From: an uncultured bacterium
GTDB lineage: Bacteria > Zixibacteria > MSB-5A5 > CAIYYT01
DNA: 64,000 bases
NCBI GenBank assembly: GCA_963726455.1
Contig: CAVSCK010000004.1
Location: 1,408,001 to 1,472,000 of the forward strand
Direction of reading: 5' to 3'
This document shows positions 19,930-28,823 of this stretch, one piece after another; position 1 is the stretch's first letter; each line of letters opens with the position of its first letter. Both the position numbers and the translations under genes were made by a program. The notes under the pieces were generated by a model. The model saw only the letters and a program-made list of their open reading frames with translations, was not told the DNA's origin and made no database searches.

Positions 19930-22791
19930 CTATTTCAGCAGTACCATCTTGCGAACCTGCGAACTGCCGCCAAAATTGACTCTATAGAAGTAGATTCCGC
20001 TCGCGACTTCGTTACCAAAGTTATCCTTCGCGTCCCAGGTTACCGTTCGGTGTCCCGCCGGAAGTGCCGGCAAGTCGATACTTCTGACCGTCCGGCCCAG
20101 GATGTCGACGATTTCGAAGCGGCAGTTGCCGGCGGTCGGCAACGAGAAACTGATCGCTGTTTCGGCATTGAAGGGATTCGGGTAATTTTGGTCGAGAGTG
20201 AATGCCGTGGGCAGGTTGCCGCCCTCACCGCCATCAACACTGGTCGCCGTGTTGTAGCGATTCTCTCCCCGCTGCAAAGACAGCCGGATCTCGTCCAGAC
20301 TGTTGCCGGAGGCGATGATGGCGGCCATCTCGATCACACCGCTGGAAGGAATGTCCATAGGCCCTACGCCGACGACCAATGCATTGTCGCCGATGCCGGC
20401 GGATAGTCTAGTCGAGCCTGCCGAGATCAAGCCATACTTTTGCGGATCATTCAGACTGCCATTCTTATAGGTGCTGCCTGCAATTTCCTGGCCATATGAA
20501 ATACCATGCGGAAGCAGGCGAACGCCGACATAACGGTTGTACGAGCCACTCCGAAACACAAAGTCAGAGCCGTCGGTAATGACGGTCTCACCATCGGCAA
20601 AGTCCACGTCCAAACCCAGCGCCAGATAGCAGCGGGTAAAGGAAGTGGCCAGTCCCTCGCCAACTTTGAAATCAAGCAGGACGTAGCCGGCATCTGCCGG
20701 GCCCTGATAGACTGTGGCCTTCTGGCTGATAGTGAAGGCCGCGTCTCTCGTTCGGAACTGTGCGCTAAGTGAGGTCGCATCGCCGTAGACTTCGGATGTC
20801 ATGGTGTCAGCCGCGAAATAATCGATATTTCCCGGCAAGGCATCGTAGACGACGCCCAGCGAATCGGCAATCATGAAGCTCAGTTGCGAAAGCAGATTTG
20901 ATCCTGCTGAGGCATCATACATACGCCGGCTCACGCCAAAATTGGTTACTTCGAAATTCAATCGATCAGTATGCAAGTTTGCGGCGCGCGCTGTCACCGG
21001 CTGGTCAACAGTCAAGCTGAAGTCGGCGCTGTTAAGGTAGCCCATTACGCGGCTGTAAAAATCGACCGAGAAACTTATGGAAGTGCCCGGCGCCACAAAG
21101 TGATCCAGCTTGATCATGAACGGCCTGCCGAGATTATCGGTCAATCCGCCTACGGAAGCCGCGCCGAATGAAGCCGTGTCCGTGAGAATGAAGACATGGC
21201 TATCGGAACAATGCAAATCAGCCCGGAAGTCACCGGACGCGACGATGGAATCAACGAGCGTCAATTCCAGCGGCGTGGTTGCGCCTTCAGAGAAAATGCC
21301 GTCGTTCGACTGCGCCAGTTGTATGCCGGCAATCGAAATGCGTGGCTTGCGCGGTTGCGGCAGCAGATCGACCGCACGCGCAACATTTATGAAGCCCCAA
21401 CCATAATCGTTATCCTTGCCCGGAGCACCCAGATCGCTGGCAGAGTTTATCAAAGCCATCTTGATCTGTTCAACGGTCGCTTCGGGGTTATATTCTCTCA
21501 TCAACGCAACGCAACCCGCGACGAAAGGCGCTGCCATTGACGTTCCCGACATCAAGCGATAGTCACCCTTGTAGCTGGAGCGTATGGATACGCCCGGCGC
21601 CATTATCTCCGGTTTGATCTTGGTAGTGTCGCAGGTCGCAGGTCCGCGGCTGGAGAACGGCGCCACCGGCAGATCAATTTGATTCTGATCAACAGCGCCG
21701 ACCGAGAAGGAATTGGTCGGGCTGGACGTGCGATCGGCCGGATTGCGAATCGTACCGGCGTTCGGCCCCTCGTTCCCGCAAGCAAAAACCACGACCACTC
21801 CCAACGCCTCCAGGTTGTCAATTGCCTGATAAAAGGTCTGGTCGCAGGGTGCAAACAATCCGCGTGGAATGCCCCACGAGTTGGAAACAACGTCAGGCAG
21901 ATCGTCAACCGTCTCCGGGTTGCCGTCAGGATCAGCCGCCCATTGAAATGCCGCGATAATATCAGACACTGTCTTCGAAAGACTCTGTCCCCGATCCACG
22001 ACTCCCGCCGCAATCCAGTTGGCGTTAAACGCGACGCCGATGGTGTCCGCCCCGTCACGCCCTGCGATAATACCCATCGTGTGGGTTCCATGGCCGTTCA
22101 AATCAGTCGGTGAAGTTGTACCGTAGGGGTCAAACCAGCTCTGGGTTTCCGTTCCACCTCTGGCGCCAAGCCAATTGGCCACCAGGGCCGGATGTGTGCC
22201 ATCCACACCGGTGTCGAAATTGCTGACCAACCGACCATGACCGGTATAACCCCTGTTCCAAAGCTCGCGAACTCCTGTGATCGCCATGTAATTCGGGCTG
22301 CCTGCAAGTCCCGAGGTTGACGTTTCAGTTGATACCGGAGCCACCAACTCCAGTGGAAGATCCTCCACCAGATAGTTTAATTCCGGTCTCTCAGATATCG
22401 AGTCGAGCAAGCCGCGATCGACTGTGAATGAGACCGCGTCCGTTATCCAGTATGATTTGATGTCGCTTACTTGTCCGGATTCCGACAGCTTCTGTAGATA
22501 GTCTTTGAACGATAGAGATTCGCCGCTTACGTGCTGCAGTTCCTTGATAAGCTGAGCGTGGTTTTCTTTGGCGCGAACATCGCCCACCATGGTCAGCGTC
22601 TTATGAAACGCCTGATTTGGTGACGGATTCAAGAATGCCACCACTCTGACCTTGCCCATAAGTGGCTGACCGCTCTGCAGCGACGGTGACAGCTTTTCGC
22701 TTGCTGCCTGAACGCTTGAGTAAATTGCAGCTAAGAGTAACGTGGTCAGAATCAGCACAGTCTTCGCAGATATGTCGTTGCGGTAAGTCAT
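19930..22791 (-). CDS. Secreted S8 subtilisin-like serine protease with FlgD/T9SS-type C-terminal domain
   Basis: Triad FDTGVD / HGTHTMG / SGTSMAAP; QNYPNPFN...WDAKD...SGIYFYR...RKMVLLK; start likely ATG 22791. Confidence 0.92.
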   Translation of the reverse strand: MTYRNDISAKTVLILTTLLLAAIYSSVQAASEKLSPSLQSGQPLMGKVRVVAFLNPSPNQAFHKTLTMVGDVRAKENHAQLIKELQHVSGESLSFKDYLQKLSESGQVSDIKSYWITDAVSFTVDRGLLDSISERPELNYLVEDLPLELVAPVSTETSTSGLAGSPNYMAITGVRELWNRGYTGHGRLVSNFDTGVDGTHPALVANWLGARGGTETQSWFDPYGTTSPTDLNGHGTHTMGIIAGRDGADTIGVAFNANWIAAGVVDRGQSLSKTVSDIIAAFQWAADPDGNPETVDDLPDVVSNSWGIPRGLFAPCDQTFYQAIDNLEALGVVVVFACGNEGPNAGTIRNPADRTSSPTNSFSVGAVDQNQIDLPVAPFSSRGPATCDTTKIKPEIMAPGVSIRSSYKGDYRLMSGTSMAAPFVAGCVALMREYNPEATVEQIKMALINSASDLGAPGKDNDYGWGFINVARAVDLLPQPRKPRISIAGIQLAQSNDGIFSEGATTPLELTLVDSIVASGDFRADLHCSDSHVFILTDTASFGAASVGGLTDNLGRPFMIKLDHFVAPGTSISFSVDFYSRVMGYLNSADFSLTVDQPVTARAANLHTDRLNFEVTNFGVSRRMYDASAGSNLLSQLSFMIADSLGVVYDALPGNIDYFAADTMTSEVYGDATSLSAQFRTRDAAFTISQKATVYQGPADAGYVLLDFKVGEGLATSFTRCYLALGLDVDFADGETVITDGSDFVFRSGSYNRYVGVRLLPHGISYGQEIAGSTYKNGSLNDPQKYGLISAGSTRLSAGIGDNALVVGVGPMDIPSSGVIEMAAIIASGNSLDEIRLSLQRGENRYNTATSVDGGEGGNLPTAFTLDQNYPNPFNAETAISFSLPTAGNCRFEIVDILGRTVRSIDLPALPAGHRTVTWDAKDNFGNEVASGIYFYRVNFGGSSQVRKMVLLK

Positions 22792-22804
22792 CGCAGCATA
22801 TCCA

Positions 22805-22821
22805 AGCAACTGCTGTGCCGC
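22805..22821 (-). promoter_or_regulatory. Putative sigma54 (-24/-12) promoter of S8 protease
   Basis: CGGCACAGCAGTTGCT: exact GG-N10-GC with GGCAC and TTGCT. Confidence 0.5.
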
Positions 22822-23030
22822 TACCTGATAACGCAATCCATTGCACAGCTATCGCTCCACCGCTTTGCACTCTCAAGCGGGCATGGAGCAACAGTCTGTC
22901 ATTCAATAGGTTAGATGCGGACAAATCCCCTGAAGTGTAGTCGACCACGGAGTGAACGACGACAGTCCATCTTTATGTGCACCAGCATGCACGTAACCTT
23001 GCGCAGACACCTGCAGGAAAACCTCGCATG

Positions 23031-23059
23031 TTGCGACGCCTCTTCAAACAGCGTATCTT
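23031..23059 (+). promoter_or_regulatory. Sigma70 promoter, probably leaderless glycosyltransferase transcript
   Basis: TTGCGA-17-TATCTT ending 7 nt before ATG 23067. Confidence 0.5.
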
Positions 23060-23066
23060 CATCTTG

Positions 23067-25337
23067 ATGGAGATAAAATCCGACAAGACATATATCATTG
23101 CGCTCTTTTGCGCCGGCCTGATTGCCAGGATCGCCTATTTCTTTGAATTCAAGAACTTGCTTGAATTCCTGCACCCTACTGTTGATGCTCTCTTCCACCA
23201 TCTGATGGCGATGTCGATTGCGTCCGGAGCCATTACATCCGGCGAACCGTTTTTCCGGGCGCCGTTCTACAGCTATTTTTTGGGGCTCATCTATTTCGTC
23301 ACGGGTGACAGCATTGGCTTCGCCCGGTTTATTCAGTTGGTCATTGGCGCGTTCACTCCGGTACTCACGTTTCTGGTGGCGCGGCGAATCTTCAATCGAA
23401 CGATTGCCATTGTCGCATCCCTGCTGGTGCTCTTGTGCGGCGATCTGGTGTACTTTGAGGCCGAGTTACTGCTGGAATTCCTGGTAGTCACTCTGCTCCT
23501 GCTAACCTGGTATTTCTATCTGCGGTTTCGCGATAGTCTCAGATGGAATTGGTTGTTGCTGTCCGGGCTGGCCACAGGTCTTGCGATAATCACGCGCCCG
23601 AACTCTGCGGTGGTGCTTCCCGTAATGATCTACCTGCTCTGGACCGACCGCAGCGAGTTCCCCGAAAGCAAAACGCGCAAGGAGATAACCTCTTACCTGT
23701 TGCTCGCCCTGCTTCCGATCGTAGTTGTCCTGGCTCACAATATTACCCGCCCGCAACCGGCGTTCACCATTGCCACCCAGGGCGGTGTCAACTTCTACAT
23801 CGGCAATAACAAAGATGCGGATGGTGTCAGTGCGATCATGCCCGGCAAATTGGGCTACGACTGGCAGTACAACGACATCAAGTATCAGGCAGAATACGCG
23901 GAGCAACGTGCGCTTTCTCCCGTACAGGTCAGCGACTACTATTACCAACAAGCGCTACACGATATCGCCGCCAATCCCGGACACTGGCTTGGTCTTGAAA
24001 TCAAGAAGCTGTATCTGATCTTCTCGGGCAGCGACATTTCCAACAACCGCAACTTGATTGCGTTTCGTTCGCAGTTCGTAACTCTCAAGTTCCTTCCCGT
24101 CGGAATGGCCATCCTGGCGCCGCTCGGATTGATCGGAATGGTCATTGTCTTTCGCCGGTCGCGTTTCAGCAGAGGCCTGATCTTCTGCGTGCTGCTTTAT
24201 GTCGCGTCGTTCGTTGTGTATTTCGTAAATTCGCGCTTTCGCCTGCCGGCTCTGCCACTGCTCGCAATGTTGTCTGCCGCAACGTTGTTCGAAATCTATC
24301 AACTCGCGCGCCGGCATTCTTACCGGCGGGTGGCTCTCGTTACGGCGCCGGTCATCATTCTGCTGATCTTCTTGAATAGTAATGTATACCGCCTCAATTT
24401 CGATAACCGACAGCAGGCCTTGTTTAGCAAAGGCAACCTGTACTTGGCTATGGGCGACTATGCTAACGCCGCCGGTGACTTTCACGCAGCCCTGAACGCC
24501 GGTCCGCCAATGCAACAGATAAATCTGAACATCGGCGTTACGTTCTTGCAGCAAGGTATTCCTGATTCGGCCGAATTCTATTTCCTGCGCGAAGATTCGC
24601 TCTTTGACGGCAGTGCCGAAGCGCTGAATAATCTTGCCTACCTGGCCAGAAGAAAGAAGGATTTCCCACGCGCGATCGACTGTGCTCAGAAGGCGCTGGC
24701 TGTGAAACCGTATTTTGAGGAAGCAATTCTGAATCTTTGTTATGCTTTCCGTGAGTCAGGATTCGCGGACAGCGCCTATCAGCAACTGGCCCGATTCGCC
24801 GTATCGAACCAGTTCACTATTCGCGAGCAATTCCTGCTGGGGATACTCGCCAGCGACTTGGGTCATTTCGACGAAGCCACCACAACCTTGCGAGGCGTTC
24901 TGGAGCGCATCTCCCGGCGCGCGCAACCGCTCTATGCAGAGGCCAGCGGCATCCCTTCCCTGCACCTTGATCTTAATCCGCAGGTACGTCCGGGCCGGGT
25001 CGAATATAATCTGGGCTATGTGTTGGGCGCGTCCGGTCAGCTTGACTCCGCCATCGTCCATCTTAACAAAGCGGTGGATGAGGATCCCAATATTTCCGAG
25101 GCATGGGTTAATCTCGGCTCCGCCTATTTTGCCAAACACGATCTCACTAACGCCAAGAAGTCCCTATTGCAGGCCGCGCGGCTCAATTCCCAGAGTGACA
25201 TCCTGATGTACAACCTCGCACTAGTGTCTCTCGCCTCAAATGACACGACCGAGGCCCGGGCATATCTCCAACGTTGCCTCTCATTGAATCCACAGCTTTC
25301 GCCGGCAAAGCTTCTATCGCAGCAACTTGGCCAATAG
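23067..25337 (+). CDS. GT-C fold (ArnT/PMT-like) membrane glycosyltransferase with C-terminal TPR repeats
   Basis: Many TM helices, PFFRAPFYSYFLG, TRPN, NFYIGNN, RFRLP; TPR motifs (EALNNLA, EAWVNLG); start reassigned to MEIKSDK. Confidence 0.85.
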   Translation: MEIKSDKTYIIALFCAGLIARIAYFFEFKNLLEFLHPTVDALFHHLMAMSIASGAITSGEPFFRAPFYSYFLGLIYFVTGDSIGFARFIQLVIGAFTPVLTFLVARRIFNRTIAIVASLLVLLCGDLVYFEAELLLEFLVVTLLLLTWYFYLRFRDSLRWNWLLLSGLATGLAIITRPNSAVVLPVMIYLLWTDRSEFPESKTRKEITSYLLLALLPIVVVLAHNITRPQPAFTIATQGGVNFYIGNNKDADGVSAIMPGKLGYDWQYNDIKYQAEYAEQRALSPVQVSDYYYQQALHDIAANPGHWLGLEIKKLYLIFSGSDISNNRNLIAFRSQFVTLKFLPVGMAILAPLGLIGMVIVFRRSRFSRGLIFCVLLYVASFVVYFVNSRFRLPALPLLAMLSAATLFEIYQLARRHSYRRVALVTAPVIILLIFLNSNVYRLNFDNRQQALFSKGNLYLAMGDYANAAGDFHAALNAGPPMQQINLNIGVTFLQQGIPDSAEFYFLREDSLFDGSAEALNNLAYLARRKKDFPRAIDCAQKALAVKPYFEEAILNLCYAFRESGFADSAYQQLARFAVSNQFTIREQFLLGILASDLGHFDEATTTLRGVLERISRRAQPLYAEASGIPSLHLDLNPQVRPGRVEYNLGYVLGASGQLDSAIVHLNKAVDEDPNISEAWVNLGSAYFAKHDLTNAKKSLLQAARLNSQSDILMYNLALVSLASNDTTEARAYLQRCLSLNPQLSPAKLLSQQLGQ

Positions 25338-25341
25338 ATAA

Positions 25342-25375
25342 CAAAAAGAAAGGCCGGAGGTTATCACCTCCGGCC
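25342..25375 (-). terminator. Rho-independent terminator of the TonB/PorV operon, between convergent genes
   Basis: GGCCGGAGG-TTATCA-CCTCCGGCC followed by TTTCTTTTT on the minus strand. Confidence 0.8.
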
Positions 25376-25397
25376 ATTATCATCAAGGAATTACGAG

Positions 25398-27407
25398 TTA
25401 GCGATTCAAGAACCAGTTCATGGTCTTGCGAGATATGTCGATGGCAACGCTACGGTCGATAATCCACATCGAGAATCCGTACACCGCCGTCTTGAAAAAT
25501 CCCGAGTTATATCGCAGGCCGATGACCTTGCCCTGCAGCCCTGCTACGTAGGCCTGCATCGAATCCGGAACGAAATCGCCGAAGTACGAATTGTAAAGCC
25601 ACAAAGGCTCACTATAGATACCTCGGACGAAGTAGTTCGCATTCGGTGCGGCACGCCATTGAATTGAGTTATACAGTCTATAAGGAATCGTGTCCATCAG
25701 CACTGGGTCATACTCGATACAATTGCCAAGAGTATCAAATCGAATACAATGCTTGGAAATTTTCAACGTGTCACTGGAAATGATGTAAGTGCGCTTGACC
25801 TTGTTCATGTCAACATTGAAATCCATCATCCCCCCGCCGGCCAGAGCCAGACCACCCATGAACTCTTCATTGGTCGGCAGGAAAGGTCCCGACCGCCCTG
25901 GACGAGTGCCATCCTGGTATCGCTTCAGATAGCTGGAAGCCCAACCGCCACGAAACTCTTGCTCAACGTCGAAGTACCTGTAATATGCAGGCATCTTGTC
26001 ACTGAACGTTTTCAGGCCCGCTTCGATTCCCGAATACCAAGCGCCAAAGGGAGCTGTTGCCCAAAGCCAGACATTGCCGCCAAAATCAAGGTATGGCACC
26101 AATGCCTTGAAATGTTCCTCCGAGAAGTTGGCCTTATCGCCATCGTCAATCATTAGCACAACTTTGTATTTCGCCAACATCAGCTTTGACGGAATCTGTT
26201 CACCTTCATCAAGCGATGCCACGATCGTCGTCGGATTCGGATATCCGGCAGAGTCCAGAACCTCTTTGTAGAAGTTGAGGAGCTTCCGAAGATCGATCAG
26301 GTTCGTGTCCTGGAAGTCAATGCCATTGTAACGACGAATTTCACCGGGGCCTTGCACCTTGGTTGCAAACGACGCAACGTACACTAACAAATCATTCTCC
26401 AACTGGGGATCGATTGCATAGAAGGGCAGATATGCCGGGGATGGATCGGGCACGAACGCATCATCGCGCGATGTCACTTTGAGGACAAACCATGCCGAGC
26501 GAGTGGTATCACTACGCGGCTCATTTCTCCACAGGTTATATGCTTGCGTGGTCGTAGTCTTGATCCACACTCCGCCGGTCAGCGTGTCAAAAGACTGGGT
26601 AATCAGCTTGCCCGGCTGCAAAGTATCGAAAGTCGCAGGATTCAGTTCGTAAAGATTCTTGACCGTATCCGTTGGAGTCATGTCAAGGTCTGTCTTCTGA
26701 TAGGGTCCGAATAGCTGATAGTAATAATCAAAGGTCGGTTCCGGATTATCACTCGGATAGTCAATCTTGTCGCTGCCTTTCCATTCAAGCGGAATGCCGC
26801 GATATGTCAACGTGGTCTCGGGCCGGTCGTAGGTTCCCGTACCGTCCGGAACTGTGCGAATCTCCGTATCAGGGGGGTGATTGGCCCGCGAGTATAACCG
26901 AAAGTCAATACCGGAACGAGCTGAATCATTGTCAACCGAACGCACATAGAAGTACTGCGCAACATATTTCTGGGGGTCGGCGTCGGCAAATAAATGTATC
27001 GTCTGCCGGTTAGGCGTCGTGTTTGGGTCGACATTTATTCTCTGCCAGCACGACTCGGGAACACAATCTACTCCCTCGCGCGCCGTCTTCAGCACAGTCG
27101 CCGCATAGTTGATTATCATTGAATCTTTGCTGGTATCTACGCCCGCCGCTGCGACCAGCGCTGCCGGAACCACGGCATATTCGTATGCGACTATGAAACC
27201 GTCAACGTCAGTCCCGAACCAGTACAGAGTGGGGTTCGCGGTGAAGTGCGAATTGTTCGGCGGTATGTTGACGATTTCAACTTTCGGGATTTTGTTTACC
27301 GGCGGGTCCTGGTCGTACTTCGTGCCCTTTGTGCAAGATAGCATCAGTAGAACCGCCGCTGCCGTCAGCAGGATTAACAGGGTTTTTATGGCCTTTCCAG
27401 AGATCAT
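25398..27407 (-). CDS. Large hypothetical lipoprotein
   Basis: Lipobox LLMLSC; two W.G.D.D...Y.Y Ig-like repeats; C-terminal YLDFGGNVWLW alpha/beta domain. Confidence 0.8.
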   Translation of the reverse strand: MISGKAIKTLLILLTAAAVLLMLSCTKGTKYDQDPPVNKIPKVEIVNIPPNNSHFTANPTLYWFGTDVDGFIVAYEYAVVPAALVAAAGVDTSKDSMIINYAATVLKTAREGVDCVPESCWQRINVDPNTTPNRQTIHLFADADPQKYVAQYFYVRSVDNDSARSGIDFRLYSRANHPPDTEIRTVPDGTGTYDRPETTLTYRGIPLEWKGSDKIDYPSDNPEPTFDYYYQLFGPYQKTDLDMTPTDTVKNLYELNPATFDTLQPGKLITQSFDTLTGGVWIKTTTTQAYNLWRNEPRSDTTRSAWFVLKVTSRDDAFVPDPSPAYLPFYAIDPQLENDLLVYVASFATKVQGPGEIRRYNGIDFQDTNLIDLRKLLNFYKEVLDSAGYPNPTTIVASLDEGEQIPSKLMLAKYKVVLMIDDGDKANFSEEHFKALVPYLDFGGNVWLWATAPFGAWYSGIEAGLKTFSDKMPAYYRYFDVEQEFRGGWASSYLKRYQDGTRPGRSGPFLPTNEEFMGGLALAGGGMMDFNVDMNKVKRTYIISSDTLKISKHCIRFDTLGNCIEYDPVLMDTIPYRLYNSIQWRAAPNANYFVRGIYSEPLWLYNSYFGDFVPDSMQAYVAGLQGKVIGLRYNSGFFKTAVYGFSMWIIDRSVAIDISRKTMNWFLNR

Positions 27408-27439
27408 CTATTCCTCCTCAAACACATTTATATTCAAAC

Positions 27440-28363
27440 TCAAAACTTGAATCCGAGTGTAAAGCGATGGGCCTGGTTCAGCTTGCCCAGATCCTGATAG
27501 GCATAGTCCAAGCGCAGTTCCCGCTTGTTCAACGGCAACCGGACGCCACCGCCGAAACTGATCGTCCCTTCGTCATAATTGAACTTGTCGCCGATCCGCA
27601 AAAAATACTTCCCGTCATACCCATACTCAAACCCCGCATTGTACTTCTCCAAATTGTCCGAGGGATGCGTCGCCTCCAGCGCAAACACCCCCTTGTGACG
27701 CTCGCCGTCCAAAACATTGATCGCGCCGCCAAACTTGAAATTGATCGGCAACGGATAGCTCTCCCGCACAAAGGTCATGTCCGGACCAAAGTTCGTGATC
27801 ACCATCGAAATCTTGAAGTTCCGGAAGCCCGTGTCGTAGTTCGTTCCCACATCCGCCGCCCAACCGCTCGAGCGTTCTTCCTCATACAACTCATCGATAA
27901 ACTTCAACGTCATCCCCACGCTGAACCGATCCGTCAGGTTACGGCCGTAGCTCAAACCCACCGCATATTCCCGCGCCCCAAACGTCCGTCCCGTGCCCAA
28001 CGGATACTCGTACGTCGTCTCGTCAAAACTGCCGCCGTTCAGCATGTAAAACCCCACGCCCAACACGCCCCCGAATCGCGTCAACGGATACGCCATGCCC
28101 GCATACTCGTACGCGATCCCCGCCGGATACTCCAAATGCGTAAACACCACTTCCCGATCGTACAACTGCGTCAAACCCGCCGGATTGTAATACATCGCCG
28201 TCGCGTCGTTCGACACCGCCACAAACGCATCTCCCATCCCGTTCGCACGAGCGCCCACGCCTAACTCCAAAAACTGTGCTCCCGCCGTGCCAACCTTCGC
28301 CTGACCCAGCAACACCGCCGGCAACAACAGCATCACCAGCGCCAATATTACCAACTGCCTCAT
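27440..28363 (-). CDS. PorV/PorQ-like (UPF0164) outer-membrane beta-barrel, copy A
   Basis: KVGTAGAQFLELGVGARANGMG, YYNPAGL, terminal RFTLGFKF. Confidence 0.88.
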   Translation of the reverse strand: MRQLVILALVMLLLPAVLLGQAKVGTAGAQFLELGVGARANGMGDAFVAVSNDATAMYYNPAGLTQLYDREVVFTHLEYPAGIAYEYAGMAYPLTRFGGVLGVGFYMLNGGSFDETTYEYPLGTGRTFGAREYAVGLSYGRNLTDRFSVGMTLKFIDELYEEERSSGWAADVGTNYDTGFRNFKISMVITNFGPDMTFVRESYPLPINFKFGGAINVLDGERHKGVFALEATHPSDNLEKYNAGFEYGYDGKYFLRIGDKFNYDEGTISFGGGVRLPLNKRELRLDYAYQDLGKLNQAHRFTLGFKF

Positions 28364-28823
28364 GCCGTCTCCTCTATCTCCAGCAAATAGAATTCTCCAT
28401 CACTCACTTGATGATCACAAACTTCCCGACCTGCGTCCCTAACTCCGATTCCACCGTGTACAAATAGATCCCGGATACCGCCGCCTGCGTGTTCCGGCTG
28501 ATCAGATCCCACGCCGTCATGCTCTCGCCGGCATACAACACCGAGCCCACCGGCTGCGGATGTTCCAGTTCACGCACCAAATCCCCATCCAGCGTGTAAA
28601 TCCGGATCGTCGCCTTCGACGGCAAATTCGCAAAATAGATGCGACGCGCACGGTCAGGTGACAACGACGCGCCCACATCCTCGTAACCCGCTTCCGCATA
28701 ACCACCGTTGATCTTGTATGGGTTCGGGAACACCGTCACCTTCAGGTTCTGCTGCGTCACCACGTCCGGCGAATTCACCGGATAAATCTGCACCGCATTC
28801 GCCAGCGGCGAACTCTCCAGCGG
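27444..28823. repeat. 1.38 kb direct repeat, copy A (CTD-coding 3' end + intergenic + PorV-like gene)
   Basis: Aligns ungapped to 31020-32399 at offset 3576; about 25-30 substitutions by hand count. Confidence 0.95.

Noticed and set aside
27329-28264. 311 aa antisense ORF (and its 265 aa twin at 31043-31840) over the PorV-like genes
   Set aside because: Shadow frame produced by the skewed codon usage; no RBS, protein not family-like, and starts differ between copies
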